From: Eledone cirrhosa
Lineage: Eukaryota
Assembly: GCA_964016885.1 (NCBI GenBank)
Contig: OZ024740.1
Span: 413,788,001 to 413,852,000 of the forward strand
Length of the DNA: 64,000 bases
Direction: 5' to 3'
Shown: positions 1-13,639 of the stretch, piece after piece
Layout: each line of letters opens with the position of its first letter
Numbering within the stretch: the stretch's first letter is position 1
Program-made: the position numbers and the translations under genes
Notes under the pieces: model-generated
Seen by the model: the letters and a program-made list of their open reading frames with translations, nothing else
Database searches by the model: none
What the model was told of the DNA's origin: nothing

Positions 1-1494
1 TGGCATTTAGGTGTGTACTTTTCATTTGGTGTTTGTTGGTAATATTAGGTTGTATGTTTTTAGTATTTTTAGTAGAAGGTATATATTCTAATCTATTTTT
101 GTGGCCACTTCTATCTAGAGCTTCGTTATAGAAGGTCGCATTTTTATCAAATACATCTTGGTTAGAAGAAAGGTTAGAAATTCTAAGTGATATATTATAT
201 GCAAGGTTTTTAAGGATAGATTTAGGGTGATTAGATTGTGAGTGTATGTAATGTAAGTTTTGGTTTGGTTTATGGTAAGGTTGGTAGATACCCGTAGCTA
301 AATCTAAAGTTATATCTAGGAAATTTACTACTTTACTTGTTTTTTCAAAAGTAATATGAAGATTATAATAGTCTTTAAGGAAAGTTCTAATATGTTTTTT
401 GTTTTTTTCTATTTCTGAAAGGCTAAGGTTGTTAGAAAGAAGAAGACAGTCATCACGATATAAACCACCTTTAAGGTGGGGAAAGGAGGCATTTATGTTG
501 AAAAGGAGAAAGAGGCCCACAAGATCAGTAATTTGGGCGGAATCGCTTGAACCCATAGTAATATCAAATAGATTACTATATGTGTTTCTGGTCCAGTATT
601 CATTCTGAAATTCAATAAGTGTTAGTCTAGCATGTGTAATAATATTAATGTCATCCAAAGTTAAGTTAGATCTATTTTTAGCAAATATCAATGCTTTGTT
701 CAGGAGTATAGGTGATATAGAAGAATAGTAATTATCTATATCAAATTGTAGAAATGAAGCAGAAGATTTACATCTAATATTTTTAAACCAGTTAATTACC
801 TGGGAGGTGTTTTCCCAGAGTGGTAAAATAACGTGTTTTCTTATTTGTGGGATGACTCTATCCAAAATTTTTTTGCTAATTATTCCAATATCTGATTTGG
901 AGGGACATATAAGTCTTATAGAAGGATTTGAGTTAAAGTTTGATTTATGATCCTTCAGGTTGAAGTGTGGTCTTTTCAATGCCAAAGGTTCAGTTCTATC
1001 TTCAATGTTTAGTTTTTTTACTATGTTGTGTGTTTTGTTGTTGATGTTGGTGAGTGACGCATTATTGGATTTTTTATAATTTTTCCTGAGTTCTTTATAT
1101 ATGAACTCATTATAATGTTCAATATCCATTGATACAAGTTACCAGTTTTGTCCGAGTGGACATGGATTTTTTTAGACTTTTTTAGGTCCAATAGGGTAGA
1201 ATCAAGGTCCTTTTGAAAGACGGATTTATACTTTTTAAATTTGAGGTGTTTAATTAAATTAAAAAGGTCTTTCTCAAAGTCTTCAAGTAAAGAGTTGTGT
1301 GGTGGATTCTTGTAAGTATTGAAATCATACATATATTTCCGATCTGCATGTTTAGATTTTTTATCGAAGTGGTAGGCCCTCCATCTAACCCTTCTGATAA
1401 AATTATTAGTTTTTTGAATCATAAGGAGTAAGAAGTCATCCTTAGAAGGTATTGGTATGTTCTTTAAAGAGGTTCCCAAATATTGTTTTTCCAT
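1..1494 (-). pseudogene. Penelope-like element (PLE) reverse transcriptase ORF, frameshifted, runs off the window start
   Basis: N-terminus MEKQYLGTSLKNIPIPS..RRVRWRAYHF..SDKTGNLY; after a frameshift near 1125 the minus strand reads FDIDNYYSSI, MGSSDSAQITDLVG and GGLYRDD; collinear with ORF 4338-6470. Confidence 0.9.
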
Positions 1495-1646
1495 TGTGAT
1501 ATGGATGATGGACAATTGAAAGAGCTCAACTAAATGTATATGGGTTTACAAAATCATACATATATATGTATATACATAAATATAAAATTAATACACACAT
1601 ACAATACAAAAATACGAATATTTCCGTGAAAATAGGAGCAAAATTA

Positions 1647-2029
1647 TGTAGATAAATCTACCAAGAGTTTACGGTAGTGTCCAATCCGTATGAAGAACTC
1701 AATGTATTCCGGATATCATGGAAAGAAGAGATGCAATGAAAAATCACTTTCGGTGAAAGATAAACGGAATACAGAGTCAAGATAAAATATTAAAAAAATA
1801 ATGAATAAAACAATGAAACAGTTCCTTATATTAAACAAAAAAAGTTCATTATTTAACGATCGTTTCTAGGATATATATGTGTTAGAATTGGCATGCATAT
1901 TCAACAGATCTATGTACAAAATTATACAAAATTATACAAACTATCAAGATTAAATATACATACCAAACACACATATATGCCGTCTTCAGAAATAATGAAA
2001 TATATTTATTGATAATAACAACAATTCAA
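1647..2029 (-). repeat. PLE pseudo-LTR upstream of the RT ORF; inverted partner at 3668-4051
   Basis: Near-perfect reverse complement of 3668-4051; contains a hammerhead motif. Confidence 0.85.
1845..1999 (-). ncRNA. Type I hammerhead ribozyme with long stem II insertion
   Basis: Reverse complement of the motif at 3698-3852. Confidence 0.7.
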
Positions 2030-2276
2030 TTGTGTGAGAGTGTAGTGGTGTTTGTATGTATATACGCATATATGGATGCGTATGTATTTGTATATATGCG
2101 TATATGTAAGTGCGTATGTGTGTGTGAATATATATCTATGTCTATGTATGAGTATGTATGTGTGTGTATGTATGTGTGTGTGTATGTATGTATGTGTGTA
2201 TGTGTGTATATATATGTGTGTATATGTATGTATGTATGTGTAGGTATGTATGTATATGTGTATGTATATGTATATA

Positions 2277-2307
<31 letters not shown>

Positions 2308-2457
2308 TTATTATATATGTGTGTGTATGTATGTGTGTGTATATATATCTTTATATATGTGTATGTGTATGTATGTGTAGGTGTGTGTGTGTGTGTGACT
2401 ATATATGTATGTATGTATATGTGTATGTATGTATGTGTATGTGTGTGTACATATATG

Positions 2458-2548
<91 letters not shown>

Positions 2549-2786
2549 ATATGTATATGTATATGTATATGTATGTGTATATGTATCTCTATTTATGTGT
2601 GTATATGTGTATATGTATATACCTTTTTCTTTGTATGTCTGAGTTGTGTGAGAGTGTAGTGGTGTTTGTATGTATATACGGATATATGGATGTGTATGTA
2701 TTTGTATATATGCGTATATGTAAGTGCGTATGTGTGTGTGAATATATATCTATGTCTATGTATGAATATGTATGTGTGTGTATGTA

Positions 2787-2817
<31 letters not shown>

Positions 2818-3051
2818 CTGTTTGTATATGTGTGTATATATATGTATGTATGTGTATGTCTGTATGTATATAAGTATGTATGTGTATGTATATGTGCGTG
2901 TATATATATATATGTGTGTGTATATATGTGTGTGTGTATATATGTGTATATATGTGTGTATATATATATATGTATGTGTGTATATGTGTGTGTATATATA
3001 TATGTATACGTTTATATATGTGTGTGTGTGTGTGTGTTGTATGTGTGGATG

Positions 3052-3086
<35 letters not shown>

Positions 3087-3430
3087 TTTCTTGATATATT
3101 TCTTTTTTCTTTTTTCTTTTTCTTTTCTTTTCTTTTTATTTCTAAGTTTATAGATACATCTATAAATAAGCAGTCTGCCGAAACCGTTGAATACTGACCT
3201 CTCCCCCCCTCCCACCTAATCTCTGTATCTTGATCTAAATGTGTGTGGCAGTGTTTATGTGCGTGCATTAATATCCATATGCTTATGATAATACTATATC
3301 CACATATATATGTGTGTGGGTGTGTGTGTGTGTATGTATGTTCGTAATTATGTGTATGTTTATGCATATACGCGCGTGTGTGTGTGAGTGTACGGATATG
3401 TGTGAGTATGTGAATATGTGTATACATTTA
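2030..3430 (+). repeat. Complex (TG)/(TA)/(TATG) microsatellite block with a ~614-bp internal duplication
   Basis: ttgtgtgagagtgtagtggtgtttgtatg... starts at both ~2030 and ~2644. Confidence 0.9.
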
Positions 3431-3667
3431 TTTCATATTTATGTGTCTATACGCATTTTATCTGTGGATTATAAACTTACAGAGACATTAGCCTTGAATT
3501 TTTGTATTTGCATACATCTTTTTGGCATGTGTATGCATGTGAGCATATATCTTTGTATAAATATGTGTACGAAGTTAATTACATGTATATACACACACCA
3601 AACTGCATAAAATTTTTTGTATTTTCATTGGTCAATTTGAACTCCGTTCCCAAACGGACCTGAAATT

Positions 3668-4147
<480 letters not shown>

Positions 4148-4337
4148 CACATAAATATACATACACATACATATAGGTATGTGAAGGGCAAGGCAAAAAG
4201 AATATATGGGGGGGGGACATAGGAAAAGGTGAAATATAAGGGGAAGTAAGGGAGAAAAATATATATATACAAGAGTACAGAACGTAGATTCAGCAAAATA
4301 AATAAACCGTAGCAGAAGTAAAGAGCAGAGAGGGAGT

Positions 4338-6470
4338 TCAAGGCGGTTGATTTATCATATGAGTGTCAATCCAGTTACAGATCAGATGCGATTTCAGATG
4401 AGGACAGCATCTGAAGAGCTCAGTCTTTGAGTTAAGGCAAGCGGAAGTGGCTCTCAAGATTAGCAAAATCCTATATTTTTCTGTGGTACACAAAGAAGAA
4501 TTCTTTGTGCCCCTTTGGTACTCCCTCGAATGGTCTAATATAGACCATTCAATAGAGTACGGGATGTTACTATCCTTGAGTTCCCACATCTTACTTGCGA
4601 GGGCCCTTGATGTTCGTTTATCGGAGTGCTTAAAAGAAGCGAAATGTGAGTAAAATCTGGTTTTAAACCTGTCCTGGGTCATACCGACATATCGCTCACT
4701 CCTGGCTGGCTGGTTGTTGATTACCGGTGTTATCTTAGCCTCATAAACAACAGATTTGGTGTTACATTTAACCTGCAATGAGCATTCATCCGGCTTCCTG
4801 CAACTGTATCCTGAATTTGTTCTCGTATGGTTTGAACTGGTGATTTTGGACTTCATAGATGGGCAACAAGAGTAGCTGATCTTAACTACGTTCCTATTAA
4901 ATATCTTATAATATCTATGATTAGGAGGAAAATGTTTGTCTAAGAGTTCAAGGAATTTCCTTCCTACATTAGTTTTGACAGTTAGGGAGAAGGGGGGTGT
5001 GAACCAAATAATCTTCCTTTTCCTGTTATTGTGGTTAGTTTTAGGAGAGGGGGAGTAGGTAATAAGAAATTTTTCTGTAAAACCGCTGTTCTCAAGGGCT
5101 TTATTATAATAAGGGGCGGCTTTATTAGAAATGTCTATAGACGAAGATAAGGTAGAAATCCTACGGCTAATGTTAGGAATAAGATTATTAAAAACTATAG
5201 GGGGATGGCAAGACTCTTTGTGTATATACCTAAGATTTTCATTAGGTTTATGATAGGGTTTTAAAGAGGCGGTAAGTAGATCAAGATTAATATCAAGAAA
5301 GTTAGCATTAGTAAGGTCCGCATCTATAGTGATTTTAAGGTTAAGATTAGCAAAAGTATTGATTAAATCTTTAGGGAATTTATCAAGGTTATGGCCGTTG
5401 GTGGTATGAGAAACTGCTAATCCGTCATCACGGTATAAACCGATATTATGGGACGGAAATTTCTCTTTGAAGGTGTGGAGAAAGAATAATCCTACTAAGT
5501 CACACACATCCGCACTGTCATATGAACCCATTGCAACATCAAAAGAGTTTTCAGGGTTTGACTTTTTAACCCAAATATTATCATTAGTAAAGAGTAAAGT
5601 TTTTCTAGCATGAAAGATAATGTCTTCTTCTAATTTAGAAATATTAATGAAGGGTCTTGCCAAATCTAAGGCATTAGTTAATAAGGAAACAGTAATAGAT
5701 GGGTAAAAATCGACAATATCAAATTGGGTAAATCTACACTTATTTTTACCTTTTATATTATTAAACCAAGAAATAACAGAGGAACTATTTAGCCACTGTG
5801 ATAGGTCAGTGTTAGTTCTAATTTGGAGAATTATTTTTCTTAAGATTTTTTTACTTGCAAGGCCAACCTCAGATTTAGCCGGGTTAATCAGTCTACAACT
5901 AGGTCGATTAGTAAAGTCCAATTTATGGTCTTTAAGGGTATTATATGCTTTACGCTTAGCTAGGCCTTCAATCCGGTTAGCTATTTTTAAAGAACTAGCT
6001 AGTTCTTTAGCTTCTTTATTGATAGTATTGTAGGTATTATTATTAGTTAATTGATATTTATTGGTAATACTATTAGTTAAAAGTTGGTTATACAAAGTAT
6101 TATTAACTTCAAAGAGATTTTTAGTTTTATCAGAAAGAACAAATGTATTTGTAGAATTTCTAAAATTAAAAATATCGTTAGATAGTTTAGTTTGAAAGTT
6201 ATTATTGTACTTACGAAATTTGATATCACTAATTAGATTAACAAGGTCTAATTCGAAGTTGGCCATGTCTTTAATTCTAGGTGGATATTTACGGGATTTG
6301 ATGTCAAAACAATCTTTAGTATCAGCACTGAATAGTCCATCATAAACCATTGCCTTCCATCTCATTCTTTTAACGACTTGTTCGATTTTATCTATAAGGA
6401 TTTTGGTATAAGTTGTGTTGGAAGGAGTGGGTATATTTTTGATTGAATAATCCAATTCATAAAGATCCAT
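4338..6470 (-). CDS. Penelope-like retroelement polyprotein: RT plus C-terminal GIY-YIG endonuclease (710 aa, Nematis-like assignment tentative)
   Basis: KNIPTPS..KRMRWKA, SDKT, FDIVDFYPSI, MGSYDSADVCDLVG, GLYRDDGL, FLDINLDL, then VVYEAKI..RYVGMT..FKTRFYSH..LCTTEK..LNSKTE. Confidence 0.92.
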   Translation of the reverse strand: MDLYELDYSIKNIPTPSNTTYTKILIDKIEQVVKRMRWKAMVYDGLFSADTKDCFDIKSRKYPPRIKDMANFELDLVNLISDIKFRKYNNNFQTKLSNDIFNFRNSTNTFVLSDKTKNLFEVNNTLYNQLLTNSITNKYQLTNNNTYNTINKEAKELASSLKIANRIEGLAKRKAYNTLKDHKLDFTNRPSCRLINPAKSEVGLASKKILRKIILQIRTNTDLSQWLNSSSVISWFNNIKGKNKCRFTQFDIVDFYPSITVSLLTNALDLARPFINISKLEEDIIFHARKTLLFTNDNIWVKKSNPENSFDVAMGSYDSADVCDLVGLFFLHTFKEKFPSHNIGLYRDDGLAVSHTTNGHNLDKFPKDLINTFANLNLKITIDADLTNANFLDINLDLLTASLKPYHKPNENLRYIHKESCHPPIVFNNLIPNISRRISTLSSSIDISNKAAPYYNKALENSGFTEKFLITYSPSPKTNHNNRKRKIIWFTPPFSLTVKTNVGRKFLELLDKHFPPNHRYYKIFNRNVVKISYSCCPSMKSKITSSNHTRTNSGYSCRKPDECSLQVKCNTKSVVYEAKITPVINNQPARSERYVGMTQDRFKTRFYSHFASFKHSDKRTSRALASKMWELKDSNIPYSIEWSILDHSREYQRGTKNSSLCTTEKYRILLILRATSACLNSKTELFRCCPHLKSHLICNWIDTHMINQPP

Positions 6471-6685
6471 GGTGTATGTTGGTTAAATTCCTGAAAACCG
6501 TAGAGTGCTCAACTAATCGGGCTGGAAAGTGCCAATCGTATATGTAATATAGAATATGCTTCAATCAATCCCGGTTGGAGCTGTATAAATAAAGTAATTC
6601 CGTCGGAAAAGTCCAGGAAAAAAGAGTGCTCTATGTAGGTAATAGAGCTTAATAGTTATGTAATAAACAACATAACGCAATTATT

Positions 6686-6741
6686 CCATTTACCAGTCGT
6701 TTCTTAAGAGCAAAAGATTTTGCTTTCAATCCTCAGAATGG
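6686..6741 (-). ncRNA. Type I hammerhead ribozyme in the PLE 5' pseudo-LTR
   Basis: Minus strand: ccatt-CTGAGGA-ttgaaagcaaaatcttttgctcttaa-GAAAC-gactg-GTA-aatgg. Confidence 0.85.
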
Positions 6742-6834
6742 TCTGTTTATTGATTTTGGATTTTAAAAACAAAAATGCAATCTATATGAAAGTGAGGCTG
6801 GAGAAGGAAGAAGGAAAGGAAAAATAAAATAAAA

Positions 6835-6892
6835 CAACACATGCAAACAGACACACACAAAAACACGCACACCCACACACAAAAGCATACAT

Positions 6893-6973
<81 letters not shown>

Positions 6974-7731
6974 CACTCATACATACACACACACACATAT
7001 ATACACACATATATGTGTATATAAATACACACATACACATACATATACACATATATACATACGCACATAAATATCAACACATCCATACATACACATACAT
7101 ATATACAACCACACACACATATATACACACATACATATACAGAAACATAAATATAAATACATATACATACACACATATACGTAGATATATATATACATAT
7201 ATATACATATACATATACATATATATACATATACATATATGTGTACAAGCATACACATAAACAAACATAGCCATACACACATACATATACATACATACAT
7301 GCACACAATCATACATATATACACACGTACATACATACACATACATAAATGCACTCCTCTACATATTCACACACGCAAATAAATATAAGAAAAAATATCT
7401 ATATAAAAAAAAAATTTGACAGCGATACAAACGGCGGGTAGCTGGACAGACACGCGTGGTAAGTAATACACACAAATGCACGTATACATACGTACGAAAT
7501 AGTAAATACATACACACACTCTCACACATAAATATACATATACAAATACATAAACACTTACATACACATACACAAATAAATGCACAAACACGTACACGCA
7601 CACGTATACAATTATACACACACATATGTATATGTATATATATACACATACATATATATATATATATACAAAAATATAAAAATACACACACACATATATA
7701 TGTATACATACACACACACATATACAAACAC

Positions 7732-7768
<37 letters not shown>

Positions 7769-7813
7769 CACATATATACACATATACATGTGAACAATTC
7801 TTTGTGCCCCTTA

Positions 7814-7905
<92 letters not shown>
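6835..7905. repeat. Complex (CA)/(TA) microsatellite block
   Basis: Degenerate CA/TA/TACA runs ending in pure (TA)n. Confidence 0.9.
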
Positions 7906-7910
<5 letters not shown>

Positions 7911-8754
7911 GAATAATCGAGTATCGAAAAATCAGCTCACGAATTTACGATAAACAAAATCCAACATGAGTGGCAGAGGGCTCAATAATTCAGATAAATC
8001 AGAGCTATAACTATCGTTAAGATACCAACACACAAAGATTATGCCTAAAATCACCCGTGCAGCCGAAAAATTACGACCAAGAAGATTCGGGTCACTCAGA
8101 TAAAATATCAATAAATCAATAAATCATATGAATGTAAAAAGCTTACCCGGACCCACTAGAAAGGTGGTAAATCTAGTTTCTTGGGTTTCTGCTATTCCTT
8201 AATCCGCCCCCTATCAGCCCACATAAAAATATATAAGACTTCTAGGGAGAAGAGGGACCGGAATAACTTTATCAACGGGCCATTGTCCGACGAATGAAGA
8301 AATTAACTATAGCTAAACGCACATGGAGTCTAGCAAGGGAGATAACCTCTATATTCGCGAAAGATAATCGAGAATGTGTAATACACATATCGAATAAGAG
8401 TGCTCAATAGACATGTTAAAATAAACAGGAGCTATTCATCATTCAATAGAATCGACAAAAATGAACAATAAAATTAACTGGTCAATAGCTATGTCTAGAG
8501 CTAAATATAATAGAATAATCGAGTATCGAAAAATCAGCTCACGAATTTACGATAAACAAAATCCGACATGAGTGGCAGAGGGCTCAATAATTCAGATAAA
8601 TCAGAGCTATAACTATCGTTAAGATACCAACACACAAAGATTATGCCTAAAATCACCCGTGCAGCCGAAAAATTACGACCAAGAAGATTCGGGTCACTCA
8701 GATAAAATATCAATAAATCATATGAATGTAAAAAGCTTACCCGGACCCACTAGA
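7906..8754 (-). repeat. ~602-bp non-coding unit in partial tandem (about 1.4 copies), PLE pseudo-LTR-like
   Basis: 7906-8160 repeated at 8508-8754; abuts (TA)n; carries ATTGAGCACTCT on the minus strand (8397-8408). Confidence 0.7.
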
Positions 8755-9089
8755 TGTATACAGACGTACATACATGCAAACATATATATATATATATGTA
8801 CGTATGGATTTACCGAACATTTATTATAATGCTCGGTTTGTTTGTTAACAAACATCCCGAATTAAGTGTGTGTTTAGCAACCATCGTTGCCCTTTTGTTC
8901 AACACTGACAAAGAAACGATGTACTAGTTTCAAGCTTATTAGCTATCGTCAGCACCGTATACCTTCCTGCCAGATGATTGAACGTCTAAAAGTATATACT
9001 TTCCTTATGTATATTAACGGCTGAGCAGCCTAATTTGCATATCGAGTGAGTTAATCGGCCGGGCGCACCGAAAACGATAAATGGAAAAA

Positions 9090-9340
9090 ATGAAACCAAA
9101 TTTCTCACTCACTCTTCGTACGGCTGTTACTTAAATATAAGTATGTATACGTACATACATATATGTATACAGAGGTACAGTAATATGTATATATATCCAT
9201 ACGTACATATATATATATATGTGCATGTATGTATATATATACATACTAATGTACGTCTGTATACATATATGTATGTACGTAAACATACTTATATTTAAGT
9301 AACAGCCGTACTAAGAGTGAGAAATGAAATTTCGTTTCCT
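9090..9340. repeat. Fold-back inverted repeat
   Basis: cactcttcgtacggctgttacttaaatataagtatg... mirrored by ...catacttatatttaagtaacagccgtactaagagtg. Confidence 0.8.
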
Positions 9341-9564
9341 TGTTTAGATAACCTAAATAGAACTAATTTATCTGGAGGCGACAAATGGAAAAAGTGAAAT
9401 AAAGGAGGGTAGCTGTCGCATGAAGAAGATCGCTCTCTTAGGACCCGTATAGTGTGTAGGAGTAATTTTAACATTACTAACTGGGGAATTGAATTTGAGC
9501 CGCGTGTTTGTGGTAAGTTTACCCTTGTTGAATTGTTTCTATTGGCAGTGTATTTTAAAGAAAC

Positions 9565-9621
<57 letters not shown>

Positions 9622-9847
9622 TCACCCAAACACACACATAAACGCACACAAATACATATATATGTATATATATAGATATATAGATATAAATAAATATACA
9701 CGGCTGTGTATGATTGTGTATAGAAGATTATATTAATAAAAGGAATTCCAGCTTTGTCTGATTTACTGGTTTTATTTACAATCCTTTAAAATTATAATGT
9801 TATTATAATGAAATAGTATGGTAGAATATTAAATGTTAAGTGTTAAT

Positions 9848-9886
9848 TGAACAAGTACTTTCATGGTTTCGCAATCCTCAGGTTCA
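9848..9886 (-). ncRNA. Minimal type I hammerhead motif (solo pseudo-LTR), stem II imperfect
   Basis: Minus strand: tgaac-CTGAGGA-ttgcgaaaccat-GAAA-GTAC-TT-gttca. Confidence 0.65.
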
Positions 9887-10175
9887 TATTCAGTGGTGAC
9901 AGTCAAGTTTGTAATTTTCAACTGTGTATATATATATATGTGTGTGTGTTTATCCCGGGTTCAATCGGAGGTAACCACAGTAAGGAAGGTACTCAATACA
10001 TAGCAGAGTATAAATGTTTAATATAGAAATGGCTTCTACGGAACTAGAACTGTTTCATCCGGGAGAAATCATCAGGGTTTGCTGATTATTTCAGGAATAT
10101 ATATATGTATATATATATTATATATTGGAGTGTTCAATGTGAGTGTGTTCTATTATTATTTCTGGCAATATATAG

Positions 10176-10790
10176 GGCGGTTGATTGGCAGTATCTGTAG
10201 AGGGTCGGTCGCCATGCTTTGTAGCAAAGAATTACGGCCCTTTATGGTCTCAGTTAAAATCCCGCCGAGGTTAACTTTGCCTTTCATCCTTATGGGGTTG
10301 ATGAAATAAAGTACCAGTAATACACTGAGAAAATTGCTGGCCTTGTGCCGAGAGAAGAAACAATTATTATTGGCAGTATCGGTAGAGGGTTGGACACCAT
10401 GCTTTGACGCATAGAGTTACGGCCCTTGCCATTCTGTGTTCAAATCTCGCCGAGGTTAACTTTGCCTTTCATCCTTACGGGGTGGATAAAATAAAGTACC
10501 AGTAATACACTGGCTAATTGCTGACCTTGTGCCAATATTAGAAACAATTATCTTTGTGATTATTATAGACGGAGGATTGGCAGTATCAGTAGAAGGTCGG
10601 ACGCCATGCTTTGCAGTATAGAGTTACGGCCCTTTATGATCTTATTTCAAATCCCGCCAAGGTTAACTTTGCATTTAATCCTTACGGGGTCGATAAAATA
10701 AAGTACCAGTCCCGTACTAGGTTCGATTTAATCAACTTTCCGCTACCCTAAAATTACTGGCCTTGTGCCTATATAAAAAACAATATTATT
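10176..10790 (+). mobile_element. Three tandem tRNA-derived SINEs (octopus OK-type-like)
   Basis: A-box-like TGGCAGTATCGGTAG, B-box GTTCAAATCCC, core aactttgcctttcatccttacggggtcgataaaataaagtaccag, ATT-rich tail; units start at ~10176, ~10370 and ~10570. Confidence 0.85.
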
Positions 10791-11169
10791 ACAATAATAT
10801 GACCCTCCCCAAGTATAACAATATTTGTTTCATATCAAAAACCTTTCAAAACCAATAACTATATATATATATATGGAGGATTGATATTTCGAAACGGAAA
10901 GACTTCATTCATATTGTATCAAGCGTTAAGCTAAAATATTAGCATTGTGTTGTCTGCCCAGTTGTTTCTGTTTAGTTTTCCCTTTCATATATATGCATAC
11001 AACACAGAGAGGCATTGCACACACACAAATACGTATATATGTCTATGTGTGTGTGTGTATGTGTGTGAAAACATAAACATATATTTATATACATTATATA
11101 TAAATGCATATTTGTGTCGATAGAAGCATTAAGTATCCTGAAAGATGTGGACTCATATACAGTATATAA

Positions 11170-12620
11170 CAGCAATGGTGGAGTGAACGGACTTCGACTA
11201 CGCCACCTCAAAGACATTGTCTCACCACACGCTGCTGGGGCATTATCAGGTCTGCTGCAGTCGATCACAATTTTCAGCAACTGTCTACTCCACGCCAACC
11301 TGCCCTGCTATAACCGCGATATTTTCTTCTTAGTCAGTTTGATCGCTCTAAGGAAGACTGACAAAGGCATCCGTCCCATCGCAGTGGGCAACGTCTTCTG
11401 ATAACTTACAGCCAGTTTAGTTTGAAAGTCAGTTAAAGATGACCTGAACGAGGCGTTAAGCCCTGTCTAACTCGGAGTGGGAGTTAAGTGTGGATGCGAG
11501 GCGGCAGCTTAGGTGGCCAACCGCTTTAGAGAGCAGGCGCAAACTTCTTCACTTCAACTCCTACTGAAGCTGGGCTAGAAAAACACTTTCTACAGTGTTA
11601 GACGAGATTACGTCTTGGATACCTATTTTAGGTGTTTCCCCTCAATGTTGGTCACCTCTCATACGGAACACCCAGCATACTCCTGACCGCTAACAACAAG
11701 ATCACTTCCGCTACGTGTGTCCAGCATGGAGACCCACGCAGCGATCGACGACGTTGCCAGCTCTGCCCGAGCGTTCTTGACAGTCTGGCTCCTGGAACAC
11801 GCGTGACTGGGTTACACGGCTGAGTTGGTAGTTGCGGACCTTCGGCTAATCATCCCAGCTCGAGAGATCTTCGGACTCGAAATCGACCCATTCAAGTCCG
11901 AGTTGGTGAACGTTAGCTACGGTGATGCCAATTTCTATGACTCAGCTTCACACCCATCTTCTCTGGTGCTCAGATAACGCCCAAAGACGCTGCCTGTATT
12001 CTCGGCACTCCCATTTTCTCGAAATCCATACCCTTATCAACAAGATCCTCAGCAAGACGTCAAACCTAACGTCACCCAAGAACTGGAGCAGGCTCTGGCC
12101 GACTGGACCAGCAAGGATATCTACTAGCCCAAGTATACAATTGTCCTACGTAACTGGGACGATATCAAGCGCAAATCTACCTTCAGCCAGATCGAGTCTC
12201 ACTTAGAACAATATCGCATCGCCTGCCTTGGTTCTACCCTGCAGCCAAACAGCATCGGGTGGCTCAGTTCGTGCCTTCCTCATCGTCCGATACCTTAATT
12301 GGTGGCGAGTGCAATCACAACAGAATGGACCAACTTTTGGCACCCGCGTGTGTATGACACATAAATGCCGTTAAGGAGCTGTCATCTATGATTTCGGCCT
12401 TCACTCACTATGTTCCCTCCAGAGCGCAGTGCCATAAACCCCAGTACCACGTACGGCAACGCAGAGTATATAAAACAAGTAAATGACGGTACTTCTCCGG
12501 CCGTGTCCTCTTTGCTATGGTCACCGTTTAGACCTCAGGCGTTTTCGGATCGCGGAAAGCTGATCTCATCCGTAAAATCGATCGATAGCTGCCCACGTGA
12601 GGAACGAGCGCCGCGTGTTT
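11170..12620 (+). pseudogene. Decayed CRE-clade non-LTR retrotransposon RT
   Basis: GGVNGLRLRHLKD, LIALRKTDKGIRPIAVGN, LGVGVKCGCEAA, VQHGDP with stops and frameshifts. Confidence 0.75.
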
Positions 12621-13216
12621 GGGCGGCCTTTGCAGTGCGTATCGCTGGCCATTGTCCGCTGAAGTACCTTTGCAATTTTGTCTGTAGGGAGCAGGTGAAA
12701 TACCTAAGTATAGATTCTGTTCGCCTCTCCTCTTTCCCCTTTGTCTAATAGCCCTCGCTCCTTCCTTCTTTTTCCTCACATTTATGGCATTTATAGTCCT
12801 TTCCTATTTTGCTTTCTTTTTCTCTGTATAGACTCAATATGACTAATGTTGTTGATTGCAATTGTTTACTTTGGTGGCTATCAATCTCCCTTTTTTTTTA
12901 AGAAGGATGTGATTTACATCAACTATAATATTTTTCGTTAACGTATAATAGTTATAAAGAATTTAATTTTATATTCATTGTATATATCCCCGGAAACTCA
13001 TTGTGGGACACTTGCATTATCAATTATCAAGATATCCCATATAATCAATTAATCTGGACATTGAGCTAAAGTGGCATTTAAGCAATGTTTACTTAACATC
13101 ATCACTGAAGGTGAATAATTGTGTAATTAAAATTCTTTAATTTCTTGCCTGCCGTGCATGTTATTGAAATCTTGACAGTTGGATATATATTTGAATTGTA
13201 TAAGCATCATTTATAA

Positions 13217-13362
13217 TAGAAGGTGGCTGAGCATTCCCCAGACACTTTCATTATTAAAAGGTAGCGTCAGAACAGGTACAACTTGAATTACAAATATGAG
13301 TAAATCCCGCGCGTTGAGCGGACTGGTGCATCGTGAAATAAATTGCCGTGTTCAAGGACACA
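13217..13362 (-). mobile_element. Degenerate fragment of a second octopus-type SINE family
   Basis: agaaggtggctgagcattccccagacac...gactggtgcatcgtgaaataaa...caaggacac resembles a common cephalopod SINE body; recognised from memory, not searched. Confidence 0.5.
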
Positions 13363-13413
13363 GCTAAGCCAAGCACCTGTATGCGCACACGCACACACAC
13401 ACACACTCACTCA

Positions 13414-13495
<82 letters not shown>

Positions 13496-13639
13496 AATAC
13501 TTATAAATAATACTACCCTTATGCACGAAAATGCATTGAGATCGAAGTGGCTGATTATGATTTTAGATGCTTTTGTTCATTCGTCCAATGTATTTGTTTT
13601 TTTCCGTATGCAATTCTACTATATATATATATATATATA

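Noticed and set aside
2009-3427. Long YI/CV/HT-rich ORFs (also near 6750-7970, 22090-22750, 37350-38230)
   Set aside because: Translations of TA/TG/CA microsatellites that lack stop codons by composition
4338-6470. Naiad/Chlamys-type (N-terminal endonuclease, selenoprotein) PLE
   Set aside because: Endonuclease is C-terminal and there are no in-frame TGA codons
10176-10790. Tandem repeats as a CRISPR array or tRNA gene cluster
   Set aside because: Units are ~190-bp SINEs with no unique spacers or cas genes, and no full cloverleaf
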